DNA of 59,861 nt, counting the filler. It is 6 parts of 6 records of this genome, joined end to end, with 100 filler letters (N's around TTAATTAATTAA, not from the genome) between each part and the next. Parts side by side here need not be neighbours in the genome. Positions count along the whole stretch, not along the records: positions 45,444 to 53,295 come from SRR31156797_6768; positions 53,396 to 59,861 come from SRR31156797_6776; 4 more parts are not named here. One strand, 5' to 3'. Shown piece after piece: positions 50,666-59,861 of the stretch. The number at the start of each line of letters is the position of its first letter. Within the stretch, counting starts at the first letter, position 1. The notes beneath the pieces are model-generated. The model saw only the letters and a list, made by a program, of their open reading frames with translations, ran no database searches and was not told where the DNA came from. Position numbers and translations under genes: made by a program.

Positions 50666-51454
50666 ATGGAGACGGATAAAGTTCTGCTTGTGGAAAAGGA
50701 AAGCGGGATCGCCGCGGTTATATTAAATCGCCCGGAAAAGAAGAACGCATTATCGAGGGCCCTTCATAAAGCCCTGGTTGAAACCTTTTTGGAATTGAAG
50801 GATGACAAGGAGACAAGGGTGGTTATCTTAACCGGCGCCGGCGACGCCTTTTGCGCCGGCCTGGATCTGAAGGAACTGGCCGAAGCCGGCAAGCCGTCGG
50901 AAATGCCGGTTGGCAGTGAAGACGCCGGCCGGCTGCCGGAAATTATGGCCAACATGGACCAACCAATTATCGGAGCGATAAACGGACCGGCTGTTACGGG
51001 CGGTTTTGAACTGGCCCTGGCCTGCGACATTCTGATTGCGTCCACGCAAGCGAGGTTCGCGGACACTCATGCCAGGGTCGGCATTCTTCCGGGATGGGGG
51101 CTGAGCCAGGTCCTTCCCCGCATCATCGGCCCCGGAAGGGCCAAGGAATTGTCCTATACAGGCAACTATCTTTTCGCGGACCAGGCCGAGGCCTGGGGGC
51201 TGGTCAACAGGGTTGTTGCTCCGGAAGAACTTATGCCCGCGGCGTATTCCCTGGCCCGGGACATCCTGTCCTGTCTCCCGGAAGCCGTATCCGCTTACAA
51301 GGGCCTTATCAACAGGGGCCTGACCATGAATCTTGATGAGGCCCTGAAGATGGAAGCCGAAATTTCAGCGGCTTCGGCCCGGCGCGTCACCGGCGAGGAA
51401 CTGGCGGAACGACGGAAGATAATCACGAGCCGGGGCCGGAGTCAACAGGGATGA
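50666..51454 (+). CDS. Enoyl-CoA hydratase/isomerase family protein
   Basis: LNRPEKKNAL, AFCAGLDLKE, INGPAVTGGFELAL and FADTHARVGILPGWG. Confidence 0.93.
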   Translation: METDKVLLVEKESGIAAVILNRPEKKNALSRALHKALVETFLELKDDKETRVVILTGAGDAFCAGLDLKELAEAGKPSEMPVGSEDAGRLPEIMANMDQPIIGAINGPAVTGGFELALACDILIASTQARFADTHARVGILPGWGLSQVLPRIIGPGRAKELSYTGNYLFADQAEAWGLVNRVVAPEELMPAAYSLARDILSCLPEAVSAYKGLINRGLTMNLDEALKMEAEISAASARRVTGEELAERRKIITSRGRSQQG

Positions 51455-51471
51455 GTCCCAATATCATAGCA

Positions 51472-52653
51472 TCAAGGCGACGATGATACGGCAACCAGGT
51501 CGCGAACCCCCTGCCTTACAGGCGAACAAAAACGGGCCAGTTCATTAAAATATGCATCGGGATCGAAAATTTCTTCCGGTGCGAACACTCCGGCCGGAGG
51601 AGATTCTTTTCCGGCGAACAGGGACAGGCCCGCGGCCATGGGCACTCCCGTGACCCCGCCCATGCCTCCGCTTATGCCGGCCGTAATTGTTGCGCCCACA
51701 GTCTTTTCACGGCCGCCTTGCACTCCCCTGGCCCAGGCGAACAAGGGAGGCAGCCTGGGACCGGAAGGCTTGGAGGATTTAGGTTTGGTAGAGGCAGAGG
51801 CCATGTCAGACAAGACCATGGCTACACCATCCCGGAGGCTCAGATGCCCGGCATCTATAGCCGAAGCCAGGTCGCGCAGGTCTTTCAACATTCGGGGGGA
51901 AACAATCATGGCGTTGCAACTATGTTTCAAACCGGGCCACCGGCGGTGAAATGTGATTGGTTCGGGGTGGCCCAGCGTGTAGACCGGCGCCGAGCCAATG
52001 CCGGGATAATCGAGCATAACCTCTTCAAGAGGCTTGACGTCCGTCAATGCACCATCCTTTAGCAAACGGATTGTCCCGCTTATCTGCAGGAGCCAATGTT
52101 CAATGGCCGCGCCAAAGCTTCCTCCTTGTCCGGGGAGGGACTCTTCAGGGGCGCCTCCCGAGGCGCTCCACCCGGTCACGATGGTTTCCACCTCATCCAG
52201 TTCGGACGCCGCCTTGGCGGCTAACAGGTTGGTCAGTCCCGGACTGGCCCCGAGTCCGATAACAGCGGTCATGCCTTCTTTTTGAGCTTCTCCATCCAAC
52301 TCCAACATGTCCAGGGTCGGCTCCCAGTCGTCGCAAATGTCCAGGTAGTGGCGGCCCGCTGCAATGGAAGCCTTCAGCACAGGCAAGCCGAAACGATAGA
52401 AAGGCCCGACAGTGTTAAGGACCACGTCCACTCTTTCAAAAAGTCCGGCCAGGGCCGATGCATCTTCAATGTCGAGTTGAACGGCCGATGTTTTGTTCCC
52501 GCATTGTTCAGAAAAAGACCCGGCCCGCTCGCCGTCCCTATCCGCGATAATAACTTCATCCACAAAATCGAAATCAACCGCCGTCCGCACTGCAAATTGC
52601 CCCATGCCGCCGCAGCCTCCCAAAGCGGCTACCCGTAATTTTTTTCCGGACAT
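51472..52653 (-). CDS. Saccharopine dehydrogenase-like NAD(P)-binding oxidoreductase
   Basis: LGGCGGMG, NTVGPFYRFG, YLDICDD, GLGASPG and GHPEP; ATG 52653 after AGGAGG. Confidence 0.88.
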   Translation of the reverse strand: MSGKKLRVAALGGCGGMGQFAVRTAVDFDFVDEVIIADRDGERAGSFSEQCGNKTSAVQLDIEDASALAGLFERVDVVLNTVGPFYRFGLPVLKASIAAGRHYLDICDDWEPTLDMLELDGEAQKEGMTAVIGLGASPGLTNLLAAKAASELDEVETIVTGWSASGGAPEESLPGQGGSFGAAIEHWLLQISGTIRLLKDGALTDVKPLEEVMLDYPGIGSAPVYTLGHPEPITFHRRWPGLKHSCNAMIVSPRMLKDLRDLASAIDAGHLSLRDGVAMVLSDMASASTKPKSSKPSGPRLPPLFAWARGVQGGREKTVGATITAGISGGMGGVTGVPMAAGLSLFAGKESPPAGVFAPEEIFDPDAYFNELARFCSPVRQGVRDLVAVSSSP

Positions 52654-53052
52654 GTTCACCTCCTGTCAGTTGTATGAATAGGATCAATGAAACGCCAGTC
52701 GCGATAGTATTTCATATGACTTTTAGAGGTTTTTCGTTGCCAAACCCGAAAACGCCGGGCCGATAAAGCCGGGCCCGGGCAATTTCGCCATATGGAATTT
52801 TTTGTTAATCTAAAATGAGAATAAGACTTTATGCCCTGTTCGGAGCATAATAAACTATAGGGTTTGCTGCTGTCAAACAACGTCATTGGGTAATTCGCAA
52901 ACAGAGCCTGCCGGTGAGTGTAAAGCAATTCGCACCCGGCGGTTGGCGTATCGGCGTTTGTTCGAGTATAATTATTCCCGACAGGTTAAGAAGCAAGACC
53001 GAATAATATCATAAGTTTATGAGCAGGAGACGCACGGCGGAACGGGCTTTAT

Positions 53053-53295
53053 ATGAAGAGTCTTTTCAACAGGGCATCCTCGGAGAAGGCAGGCGGTCGG
53101 GAATGGAAAAACCGGGCCGTCACCCTGGTAATCGGTTTAGCCGCCGCACTAATGGTGTTCCTGGTTTCCGGAACCAAGCCTGTTCGCCTTTTTGAAGAAA
53201 AACTGCTGGATTATCGATTTCAAACCAGGCCTCCACAAAAAGTTGACGAACGATTGATCCTGACCGCGGTTACCGATCGGGATATCGAAATATTG
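53053..53295 (+). CDS. CHASE2-like sensor protein N-terminus (truncated)
   Basis: TM helix followed by FEEKLLDYRFQTRP...DERLILTAVTDRDI. Confidence 0.65.
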
Positions 53296-53395
53296 NNNNN
53301 NNNNNNNNNNNNNNNNNNNNNNNNNNNNNNNNNNNNNNNTTAATTAATTAANNNNNNNNNNNNNNNNNNNNNNNNNNNNNNNNNNNNNNNNNNNN
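53296..53395. other. Artificial contig spacer
   Basis: N-run + TTAATTAATTAA + N-run. Confidence 0.99.
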
Positions 53396-54233
53396 TTCAT
53401 TTATGCATTGTGATAAAGATGGAAAAATAAGAATGGACTGCTCTTCATCTTATGCTATGGCTGGACTTATAGATTTAAAAGATAAGTTTGATATAGCTTT
53501 TGGAAATGATACAGATTTTGATAGACATGGAATAGTAACTAAAAGCAAAGGTTTATTAAATCCAAATCACTATTTATCAGTTGTAATAGATTATTTATCA
53601 AAAAATAGAAGTTTTGATGATTTAGGTGTGGGAAAAACACTTGTTAGTTCTTCAATGATAGATAGAGTTGTAAAAGACAATGGAAAGAGAGTTTTTGAAA
53701 CTCCTGTAGGATTTAAATGGTTTGTAAAACCTTTTAGTAAAAAAGAGATTTTCTTTGGTGGAGAAGAGAGTGCCGGGGCTTCATTTTTAAGAAAAGATGG
53801 CGGTGTTTGGAGTACAGATAAAGATGGAATTATTTTAAATCTTTTAGCTGTGGAAATTTTGGCAAAAACAAAAAAAGACCCAGGTGAATACTACGATGAT
53901 TTGATTGAAAAGTTTGGCAAGCCAGTTTACGGAAGATTGGATGCTCCTGCTTCTGTTGAACAAAAAAGTGCGTTAAAAAGCTTAAAACCTGAAGATATAA
54001 AACAAAAACAATTAGCTGGTGAAGATATTGAAAACATCTTAACAAAAGCTGATAATGGCGCTTCACTTGGAGGCTTAAAAGTTGTTACAAAAAATGGATG
54101 GTTTGCAATAAGACCTTCTGGAACAGAAGATATTTATAAAATCTATGCAGAAAGTTTTAAAGGTAGTGAACATTTAAAAGTGATACAAGAAGAAGCCCAA
54201 GAGATAGCAAATACAATTTTTAATAATATTTAA
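53396..54233 (+). CDS. pgm: Phosphoglucomutase, C-terminal part (5' truncated)
   Basis: [35 protein letters not shown] and [16 protein letters not shown]. Confidence 0.95.
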
Positions 54234-54302
54234 ACAGCTTTATTACAATATTGTAAAGTAAAATAAGTATAATAAAAATATAAATTTATATTAGGAAAAA
54301 TT

Positions 54303-54950
54303 ATGAAAAAAAATTCGGAGGACTTAATAAAAAAAAGTTTAGAGAATGAAAATGATTTCTCTAGTGCAACACATGTAATTGACAATCTTGTAAAAGAATC
54401 TAAGCCAGTTGCAGCAGAATATGAAATTCCTAGTAGATACAATAAAGATACACTTAGAATAATTTTAGTTAATACAGAAAAATATTTTGTTTACTGGGAA
54501 GTGAGTGATAGAACATTAGATGAAAAAAGTATTAATCTAGAGAGTGAAAAACTATTTTTTAAAATTGATGATATAGATGGAAATGAGCTATATAGTTTTG
54601 ATTCATCATTTGCTTTAGGTGATTATTACATTAATTCAAAATTTGAAGATATGGATATATTAGTTAGAGTGGGTGTTTTAGAAAATGGAGAGTTCAAAGA
54701 ACTATTTAGTTCAAATGTTGTTCACACTTTCTCTTCGCATCTTAACTTCCCAAATGAAAACGAATACAAAACTTTACTAAGCAAAGGTTATAGCTGGAGT
54801 GAGATTATAAGAACTACAGTTGAACACTTTGATGAAGGTGGTTCTTCTTCAAAATATGTTAAAGAGTTAGAAAAGTTAAGACATTTCATCAAAGAAGGAG
54901 AAAAGGCAGAAGTATCATCATCTTCCCATTTAGGAAAAAAAGATGATTAA
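54303..54950 (+). CDS. DUF4912-like protein (associated with GH57 glycogen loci)
   Basis: IPSRYNKD.LRII.V.....FVYWEV, SSNVVHT and Ser-rich tail; coupled to the GH57 gene. Confidence 0.75.
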   Translation: MKKNSEDLIKKSLENENDFSSATHVIDNLVKESKPVAAEYEIPSRYNKDTLRIILVNTEKYFVYWEVSDRTLDEKSINLESEKLFFKIDDIDGNELYSFDSSFALGDYYINSKFEDMDILVRVGVLENGEFKELFSSNVVHTFSSHLNFPNENEYKTLLSKGYSWSEIIRTTVEHFDEGGSSSKYVKELEKLRHFIKEGEKAEVSSSSHLGKKDD

Positions 54951-56529
54951 AGGGTACTGGGTTCCTGTTTTACACTCACATCTTCCATTTGTAAAACATC
55001 CTGATTATGAAAACTTTTTGGAAGAGCATTGGTTGTTTGAAGCTATAACTGAGTGTTATATACCTTTGTTAAAAAGACTTAAAAAACTTGAAGATGATGG
55101 AGTTGATTTTAGACTTACAACATCAGTAACTCCACCTTTAGCAGAGATGTTAGCAGATAGTCATCTAATGGATAAATATAAAAAATACTTAGACAAGCAT
55201 ATAGAACTAGGTCATAAAGAGGTTGAAAGAACAAAAAGTGATGAAAACTTCCATTCTATTGCAAACTTTTATAGAGATTTTTTTATAGAAACGAAAAACT
55301 TTTTTGAAGGGTTTTTAGATGGAAATGTACTAAACGGCTATAAACACTTTTACTACAATGGAACTTTAGAGGTTATAACTTGTGGGGCTACACATGGGTA
55401 TTTACCAATTTTAAGTGTAAATGAAAAAGCAGTTAGAACACAAATCGAAATTGCAGTTCAATCTCACAAAAAACATTTTGGTAAAAAACCAAATGGGATT
55501 TGGCTTCCTGAGTGTGCATATTATGATGGCTTAGATAAGATATTAAATGAAAAAGGTATTAAGTTTTTCATTGTTGATTCACACGCTTTAACTTATGGAA
55601 GACCAACATCATTAAATGGAGTTTATACGCCAACATACACACCACATAGTGTTGCAGCATTTGGAAGAGATGGACAATCATCAAAACAAGTATGGAGCTC
55701 AAAAGAGGGATATCCTGGAGATTTTTGTTATAGAGACTTCTATAGAGATATAGGATATGATTTAGAGTTTGACTATATAAAACCTTATATTAATCCTGAT
55801 GGCGTTAGGGTATTTACAGGATTTAAATATCATAAAATAACAGGTACAACAGATTATAAAGAGGTTTATAATCCATATATTGCACAAGAAAAAACTAAAG
55901 AACATGCTGAAAACTTCCATTGGAATAGGGAACAACAGTTTGATAACTTAGGAGCTTTGATGGAAAGAACTCCAATGGTTGTTTCACCTTATGATGCAGA
56001 ACTTTTTGGACATTGGTGGTTTGAAGGACCTGAGTTTTTATCAAATATGTTTAGACAAATAGATAAACATAAAGTTATGAAAGTTTTAACTCCAATGGAG
56101 TATTTAAATATGTATCCAAAAAATCAAATAGTTAACCCTAATCCATCTTCTTGGGGAGATAAAGGGTATTATGATGTTTGGTTAAATGAAGGAAATGATT
56201 GGATATATAGACACCTTCATCAAATGGCTGATGAGCTTGAAGAGAAAGCAAAAGAGTATTTTCATACAAATGACAGCAATATCTCAAGAGTACTAACGCA
56301 GATGTTAAGAGAGCTTCTTTTGGCACAAAGTAGTGATTGGGCATTTTTAATGACAACAGCCACAGCAACAGAGTACAGCGTGAATAGAACAAAAGAGCAT
56401 ATATCAAATTTTAATGAATTACTTGGTATGATAAATAACAATAACATCGATTTTGGAAGATTAGATTATTTAGAGTATAAGAACTCTATATTTAATTTTA
56501 TTGATTTTAGAACATTTATTACGAGTTAA
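54943..56529 (+). CDS. GH57 1,4-alpha-glucan branching enzyme (DUF1957 type)
   Basis: VLHSHLPFV, WLFEAITECYIP, ATHGYLP, GIWLPECAY, PYDAELFGHWWFEG and LLLAQSSDWAF. Confidence 0.94.
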   Translation: MIKGYWVPVLHSHLPFVKHPDYENFLEEHWLFEAITECYIPLLKRLKKLEDDGVDFRLTTSVTPPLAEMLADSHLMDKYKKYLDKHIELGHKEVERTKSDENFHSIANFYRDFFIETKNFFEGFLDGNVLNGYKHFYYNGTLEVITCGATHGYLPILSVNEKAVRTQIEIAVQSHKKHFGKKPNGIWLPECAYYDGLDKILNEKGIKFFIVDSHALTYGRPTSLNGVYTPTYTPHSVAAFGRDGQSSKQVWSSKEGYPGDFCYRDFYRDIGYDLEFDYIKPYINPDGVRVFTGFKYHKITGTTDYKEVYNPYIAQEKTKEHAENFHWNREQQFDNLGALMERTPMVVSPYDAELFGHWWFEGPEFLSNMFRQIDKHKVMKVLTPMEYLNMYPKNQIVNPNPSSWGDKGYYDVWLNEGNDWIYRHLHQMADELEEKAKEYFHTNDSNISRVLTQMLRELLLAQSSDWAFLMTTATATEYSVNRTKEHISNFNELLGMINNNNIDFGRLDYLEYKNSIFNFIDFRTFITS

Positions 56530-56540
56530 GGTAAACTATT

Positions 56541-57383
56541 ATGATAGCAGTTTTTAACGCCATTACAAATATTGCAGAAGATATTGAAAAAAATGTATTT
56601 GTAAATTGTGAAGAGTTTTTAGAAAGTGATTTAACAGATCAACAGATGCATGACAGTGTGCATAAATATTGTTCAAAAGTTATTCAAAGAGAATTAAAAA
56701 AAGTTAAATCAGTTCATGGTTTTATAGGTAAAGATAGTAAAGAATACCATACAATTAATGAAAATGGTAAATATAAAATAAGTTATGTTGCAATTGACAA
56801 TGTAGATTTATTGGATGTAAATTTTTCATTAGGTTCAATTTTTGGTATTTATGAAAACCATATGGATGCATTCCACTTAAAAGCTGCAATGTATATAACT
56901 TATGGACCAACATTCCAATTAGTTTTTGCATCAAAATCTGAGGGTGTAATATACTTCTCTTATGAAAATGGAGAGTTTATAGAACAAGACCCCTTACAAT
57001 TAGGAAATGAAGGAAAAATCAACTCAACAGCAGGAATAGTTCCAGAATGGACACCTGAACATAAAGCATTAGTTGATGGTTTTTTTAATAAAGGTTATAG
57101 ACTAAGATTTTCAGATTCATTATCTTTAGATACACACCAAATCTTATTTAAAAAAGGGGGACTTTATAGTTCTCCATCTACAAAATCTTTTCCAAATGGA
57201 AAAATTGATGTAGTTTTTGAAGCTTTTCCTATCTCTTATATTATAGAGCAAGCAGGTGGAAGAGCAATTAGTAAAAAAGGTAGAATTCTTGATATGACAA
57301 ATGTTGAGATTGACCAAAAAACACCAATATATTTTGGTTCAACAAAAGAGATTCAAATAGTTGAAGACTCTTTTAACAGCTAA
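56541..57383 (+). CDS. Class I fructose-1,6-bisphosphatase homolog with degenerate active site
   Basis: GSIFGIY, YGPT, GYRLR, HQILFKKGGLYSSP and FEAFP...IIEQAGG match FBPase I; the DPLDGS motif is replaced by VAIDNV. Confidence 0.8.
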   Translation: MIAVFNAITNIAEDIEKNVFVNCEEFLESDLTDQQMHDSVHKYCSKVIQRELKKVKSVHGFIGKDSKEYHTINENGKYKISYVAIDNVDLLDVNFSLGSIFGIYENHMDAFHLKAAMYITYGPTFQLVFASKSEGVIYFSYENGEFIEQDPLQLGNEGKINSTAGIVPEWTPEHKALVDGFFNKGYRLRFSDSLSLDTHQILFKKGGLYSSPSTKSFPNGKIDVVFEAFPISYIIEQAGGRAISKKGRILDMTNVEIDQKTPIYFGSTKEIQIVEDSFNS

Positions 57384-57805
57384 GCTTTTAGCTTAGCTGT
57401 AGCAATAACTTCTACAAGCTTTTCTACACAAGATTTATATTTTTCCTCACTATTGATTTTCTCAAAATTATTTGTCAACATAGAAAAAATTTCAAAACTA
57501 TTTTTGTATTTATATAAAGTTTCAAGCATATCCATAAAAGTAAAGATACTTATCTGATGGCTTAGAGTATTTTGTTTTTTTTGAATACTACAAGCTAAAG
57601 AGTATTGGCCCTTTTCACTTACTGCAGCATCAACAAAAATGATTTTAGAAGAGTTTTTTACCTCTAAACATAACTCAGGAGTTAATTGCATAGTTTCAAT
57701 AAGTTTTGTATTTGGAAGATTTAACTCTTGCAGTTTTGATATTACATTAACTCCAAAAGCATCCTCTCCCCTTAAACTGTTTCCTAAACCAATTATCGTA
57801 AGCAT
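57380..57805 (-). CDS. hoxW: Hydrogenase maturation protease (HoxW-like)
   Basis: IIGLGNSLRGEDAFG, QLTPEL, IFVDAA and SH; follows hoxH. Confidence 0.85.
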   Translation of the reverse strand: MLTIIGLGNSLRGEDAFGVNVISKLQELNLPNTKLIETMQLTPELCLEVKNSSKIIFVDAAVSEKGQYSLACSIQKKQNTLSHQISIFTFMDMLETLYKYKNSFEIFSMLTNNFEKINSEEKYKSCVEKLVEVIATAKLKA

Positions 57806-59232
57806 TAGTCTCTTATTATCGATTTTATAATATTTTTATTATTATCTCTAATAATTATATTTGATGAGTAAACACCTTGTGCATGAGTAGAACAACTTAA
57901 ACATGGGTCAAAACATCTAATAACTGCTTCAACTCTATTTAAAGCTCCTTCTTGGATATTGTTTCCATCTAAGAATGCTTTTGCAACTTGAGTAACACCA
58001 TTATTCATAGCAAGGTTATTGTTTCCTGTTGCAATGATCAGGTTAACACCTGTTATGATTCCATCATTATTTGCTTGATAATCATGAAATAAAGTTCCCC
58101 TAGGAGCTTCTGAACATCCAACTCCTTGATTTCTATTAATTTGGGCATGACCTCTTATTTGAGTACTTAAAGTTTTTTCTTCTTTTAAAAGTTCTTCAAT
58201 TCTTTCAATCCCATAGATTATCTCAATAAGTCTTGCATAGTGGTAGTAAAATGAGTTTAATACAGGTTTCCCATTGTTAAGATTTTTAAATCTTTCAAAC
58301 TCCTCATCAGCTAAACTAGTACCACATTTATCTGCAATATTTAACCTAGCTAAGGGACCAACTCTATACATACCTTCTTCATAACCTAAAGGTTTATAAT
58401 AAGGTGATTTTAGAAAACTATCCTCTTCAACTGCTTCACCTATATATTTTTTATAATCTTTTGCTTCAATTTTATCTTCTAAAATATTCCCATTGCTATC
58501 CATAAATCTCAATAAACCATCATAGTGTTCAAGTTTACCTTTTTTGCTAACAATTCCCATAAAAAGTGAAGGAAAGTTTGCAAATGAGTTTATCTCTTTT
58601 TCAAATTTATGTAAGTTAGATACAAAAAACTTCAAGGCACTTTGAGCTATCTCTAAAGCTTGTGGAATCTGCTCCAAGATTGAATCTCTTGTTTCAGTAC
58701 TAATCTCATGGCTAACTCCACCAGGGACTATCCATGTTGGATGGATTCTTTTCCCTCCTAAGGTTTCAATAATCTTTTGACCAAAGGCTCTTAATGCTAT
58801 TCCATCTTTTGCCATTTGTGGATTTGTTTGCATAAGTTTAAAGATATTTCTATCTTCAGGTTTTGCATCAAAACCAAATACAAAATCTGGACTACTTAAG
58901 TGATAAAAGTTTAAAGCATGTGATTGGATTATTTGTGCTAAGTTTATTATTCTTCTTAGGTTTCTTGCTGCTTTTGGAGGTCTAATGGCAAGAAGTTCAT
59001 CGCAAGCTTTTGAAGATGATATAGCATGACTAACTGGGCAAATCCCACAAGTTCTAGCTGTAAGCGCTGGCATTTCAGTATAAGGTCTACCTTCACAAAT
59101 CTTCTCAAAACCTCTATATTGGGTTACATGAAGTCTTGCTTTGTCTACTTCTTTTTTATCATTTAAATCAATTGTGATTTTTGCATGTCCCTCTATTCTT
59201 GTAACTGGACTAATAACTATTTTTTCACTCAT
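57805..59232 (-). CDS. hoxH: Bidirectional NAD-linked [NiFe]-hydrogenase large subunit (group 3d)
   Basis: PVTRIEGHAKI, L1 RTCGICPVSH, YRVGPLARLN, EAPRGTLFH and L2 RCFDPCLSCSTHA with C-terminal extension. Confidence 0.92.
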   Translation of the reverse strand: MSEKIVISPVTRIEGHAKITIDLNDKKEVDKARLHVTQYRGFEKICEGRPYTEMPALTARTCGICPVSHAISSSKACDELLAIRPPKAARNLRRIINLAQIIQSHALNFYHLSSPDFVFGFDAKPEDRNIFKLMQTNPQMAKDGIALRAFGQKIIETLGGKRIHPTWIVPGGVSHEISTETRDSILEQIPQALEIAQSALKFFVSNLHKFEKEINSFANFPSLFMGIVSKKGKLEHYDGLLRFMDSNGNILEDKIEAKDYKKYIGEAVEEDSFLKSPYYKPLGYEEGMYRVGPLARLNIADKCGTSLADEEFERFKNLNNGKPVLNSFYYHYARLIEIIYGIERIEELLKEEKTLSTQIRGHAQINRNQGVGCSEAPRGTLFHDYQANNDGIITGVNLIIATGNNNLAMNNGVTQVAKAFLDGNNIQEGALNRVEAVIRCFDPCLSCSTHAQGVYSSNIIIRDNNKNIIKSIIRD

Positions 59233-59243
59233 CTATTTTCCTT

Positions 59244-59798
59244 TTAAAGCCCAAATCTTGTATATTTGCTAACATCAACTTCAACACCTTCAACTAAACC
59301 TTTAAGTACTTCATAAATTGCATCTGCAGGAGTTGGACATCCTGGTACAAAATAGTCAATATCAACGGCTTCATTTAGTGGAATAACTTTGTCTAAAAGT
59401 TTTGGCACTATTTTGTCTGGATATTTTCCTTTATTTAAATCAGCTAAATCAAAATACCCTTTTTCTAAAGCAGCATCAGTTCCTGCAAGGTTTTTCAATG
59501 AAGAAACATTTCCTGTAATAGCACAATCACCTAAGGCAAGAATTTTTTTAGAGTTTTTTCTAATTTTTTCAATGATTTCTAAATCATGATCAGTACTAAG
59601 AGCACCTTCAACAATAAAAAGGTCAATATCCTTTGGAACCTCTTTAGCATCCACATAAGGGCTATAAACTATATCTATATATTGTGCTAGTTCAATTATC
59701 CTTTCATCCATATCTAAAAAAGACATATGGCATCCAGAACACCCATCAAGCCAAATAGTTCCAACTTTTAGTTTTTGATTTTGTGGCTTAGTACTCAT
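59244..59798 (-). CDS. hoxY: [NiFe]-hydrogenase small subunit HoxY
   Basis: WLDGCSGCHMSFLD, VEGA, GDCAITGNV and PGCP; 184 aa, single-cluster type. Confidence 0.92.
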   Translation of the reverse strand: MSTKPQNQKLKVGTIWLDGCSGCHMSFLDMDERIIELAQYIDIVYSPYVDAKEVPKDIDLFIVEGALSTDHDLEIIEKIRKNSKKILALGDCAITGNVSSLKNLAGTDAALEKGYFDLADLNKGKYPDKIVPKLLDKVIPLNEAVDIDYFVPGCPTPADAIYEVLKGLVEGVEVDVSKYTRFGL

Positions 59799-59861
59799 TT
59801 GTTATTCCTTGCTTGGATTAGGTTTGTAACTATATTTTTCTTTTTCACCATCTCTGTAGCA
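59795..59861 (-). CDS. hoxU: Probable HoxU diaphorase subunit, 3' end (truncated)
   Basis: Minus frame ATEMVKKKNIVTNLIQARNNK*; ATGA overlap with the hoxY start; identity inferred from hox gene order. Confidence 0.55.
   Translation of the reverse strand, partial: ATEMVKKKNIVTNLIQARNNK

Noticed and set aside
52656-53050. GC-rich hairpins and a 90-aa ORF in the divergent intergenic region
   Set aside because: No second copy, recognisable RNA motif or protein features; likely ordinary promoter region

Overview
The window is not one locus. It is six unrelated contigs (metagenome-style concatenation) joined by 100-bp artificial spacers (N-run/TTAATTAATTAA/N-run) at 6318-6417, 24247-24346, 30272-30371, 45344-45443 and 53296-53395. 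Taxonomic labels below are inferred from composition and gene style. Contig 1 (1-6317, low-GC anaerobe): trpA, a PAS-PAS-GGDEF cyclase, and leuA'-leuC-leuD-leuB with a GTAG-type REP doublet. Contig 2 (6418-24246, Clostridia-like): TetR plus a stand-alone RND transporter; a DeoR-led sugar operon (E2, E3, fused E1 alpha/beta, SorE-like reductase, SrlD-like SDR, PHP protein, fucI, rhamnulo/fuculokinase, no aldolase); a Zur/Fur gene with a perfect palindromic box; and two diverged copies of an unannotated ~155-nt structured element, each just upstream of an RBS. Contig 3 (24347-30271, Deltaproteobacteria-like): pheS'-pheT-ihfA-merR, a membrane ankyrin protein and an AT-rich hypothetical gene. Contig 4 (30372-45343, Campylobacterota-like): a dense signalling island including a small protein/tandem V4R-like protein/hybrid kinase unit. 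Contig 5 (45444-53295, Deltaproteobacteria-like): a RAYT transposase relic, a GT-C membrane glycosyltransferase, a plant-AXS-like UDP-apiose/UDP-xylose synthase, a polyprenol-phosphate GT2, an SDR, an enoyl-CoA hydratase and a saccharopine dehydrogenase-like gene. Contig 6 (53396-59861, Arcobacter-like): pgm, DUF4912, GH57 branching enzyme, an FBPase homolog lacking catalytic motifs, and hoxU'-hoxY-hoxH-hoxW. Best candidates for undescribed systems: (i) an aldolase-free deoxy-sugar/pentose pathway ending in an acetoin-dehydrogenase-like complex, (ii) a possible lipid-linked apiose/xylose glycosylation pathway, (iii) the repeated structured leader element. All calls come from reading motifs by eye; no database searches or folding programs were run.
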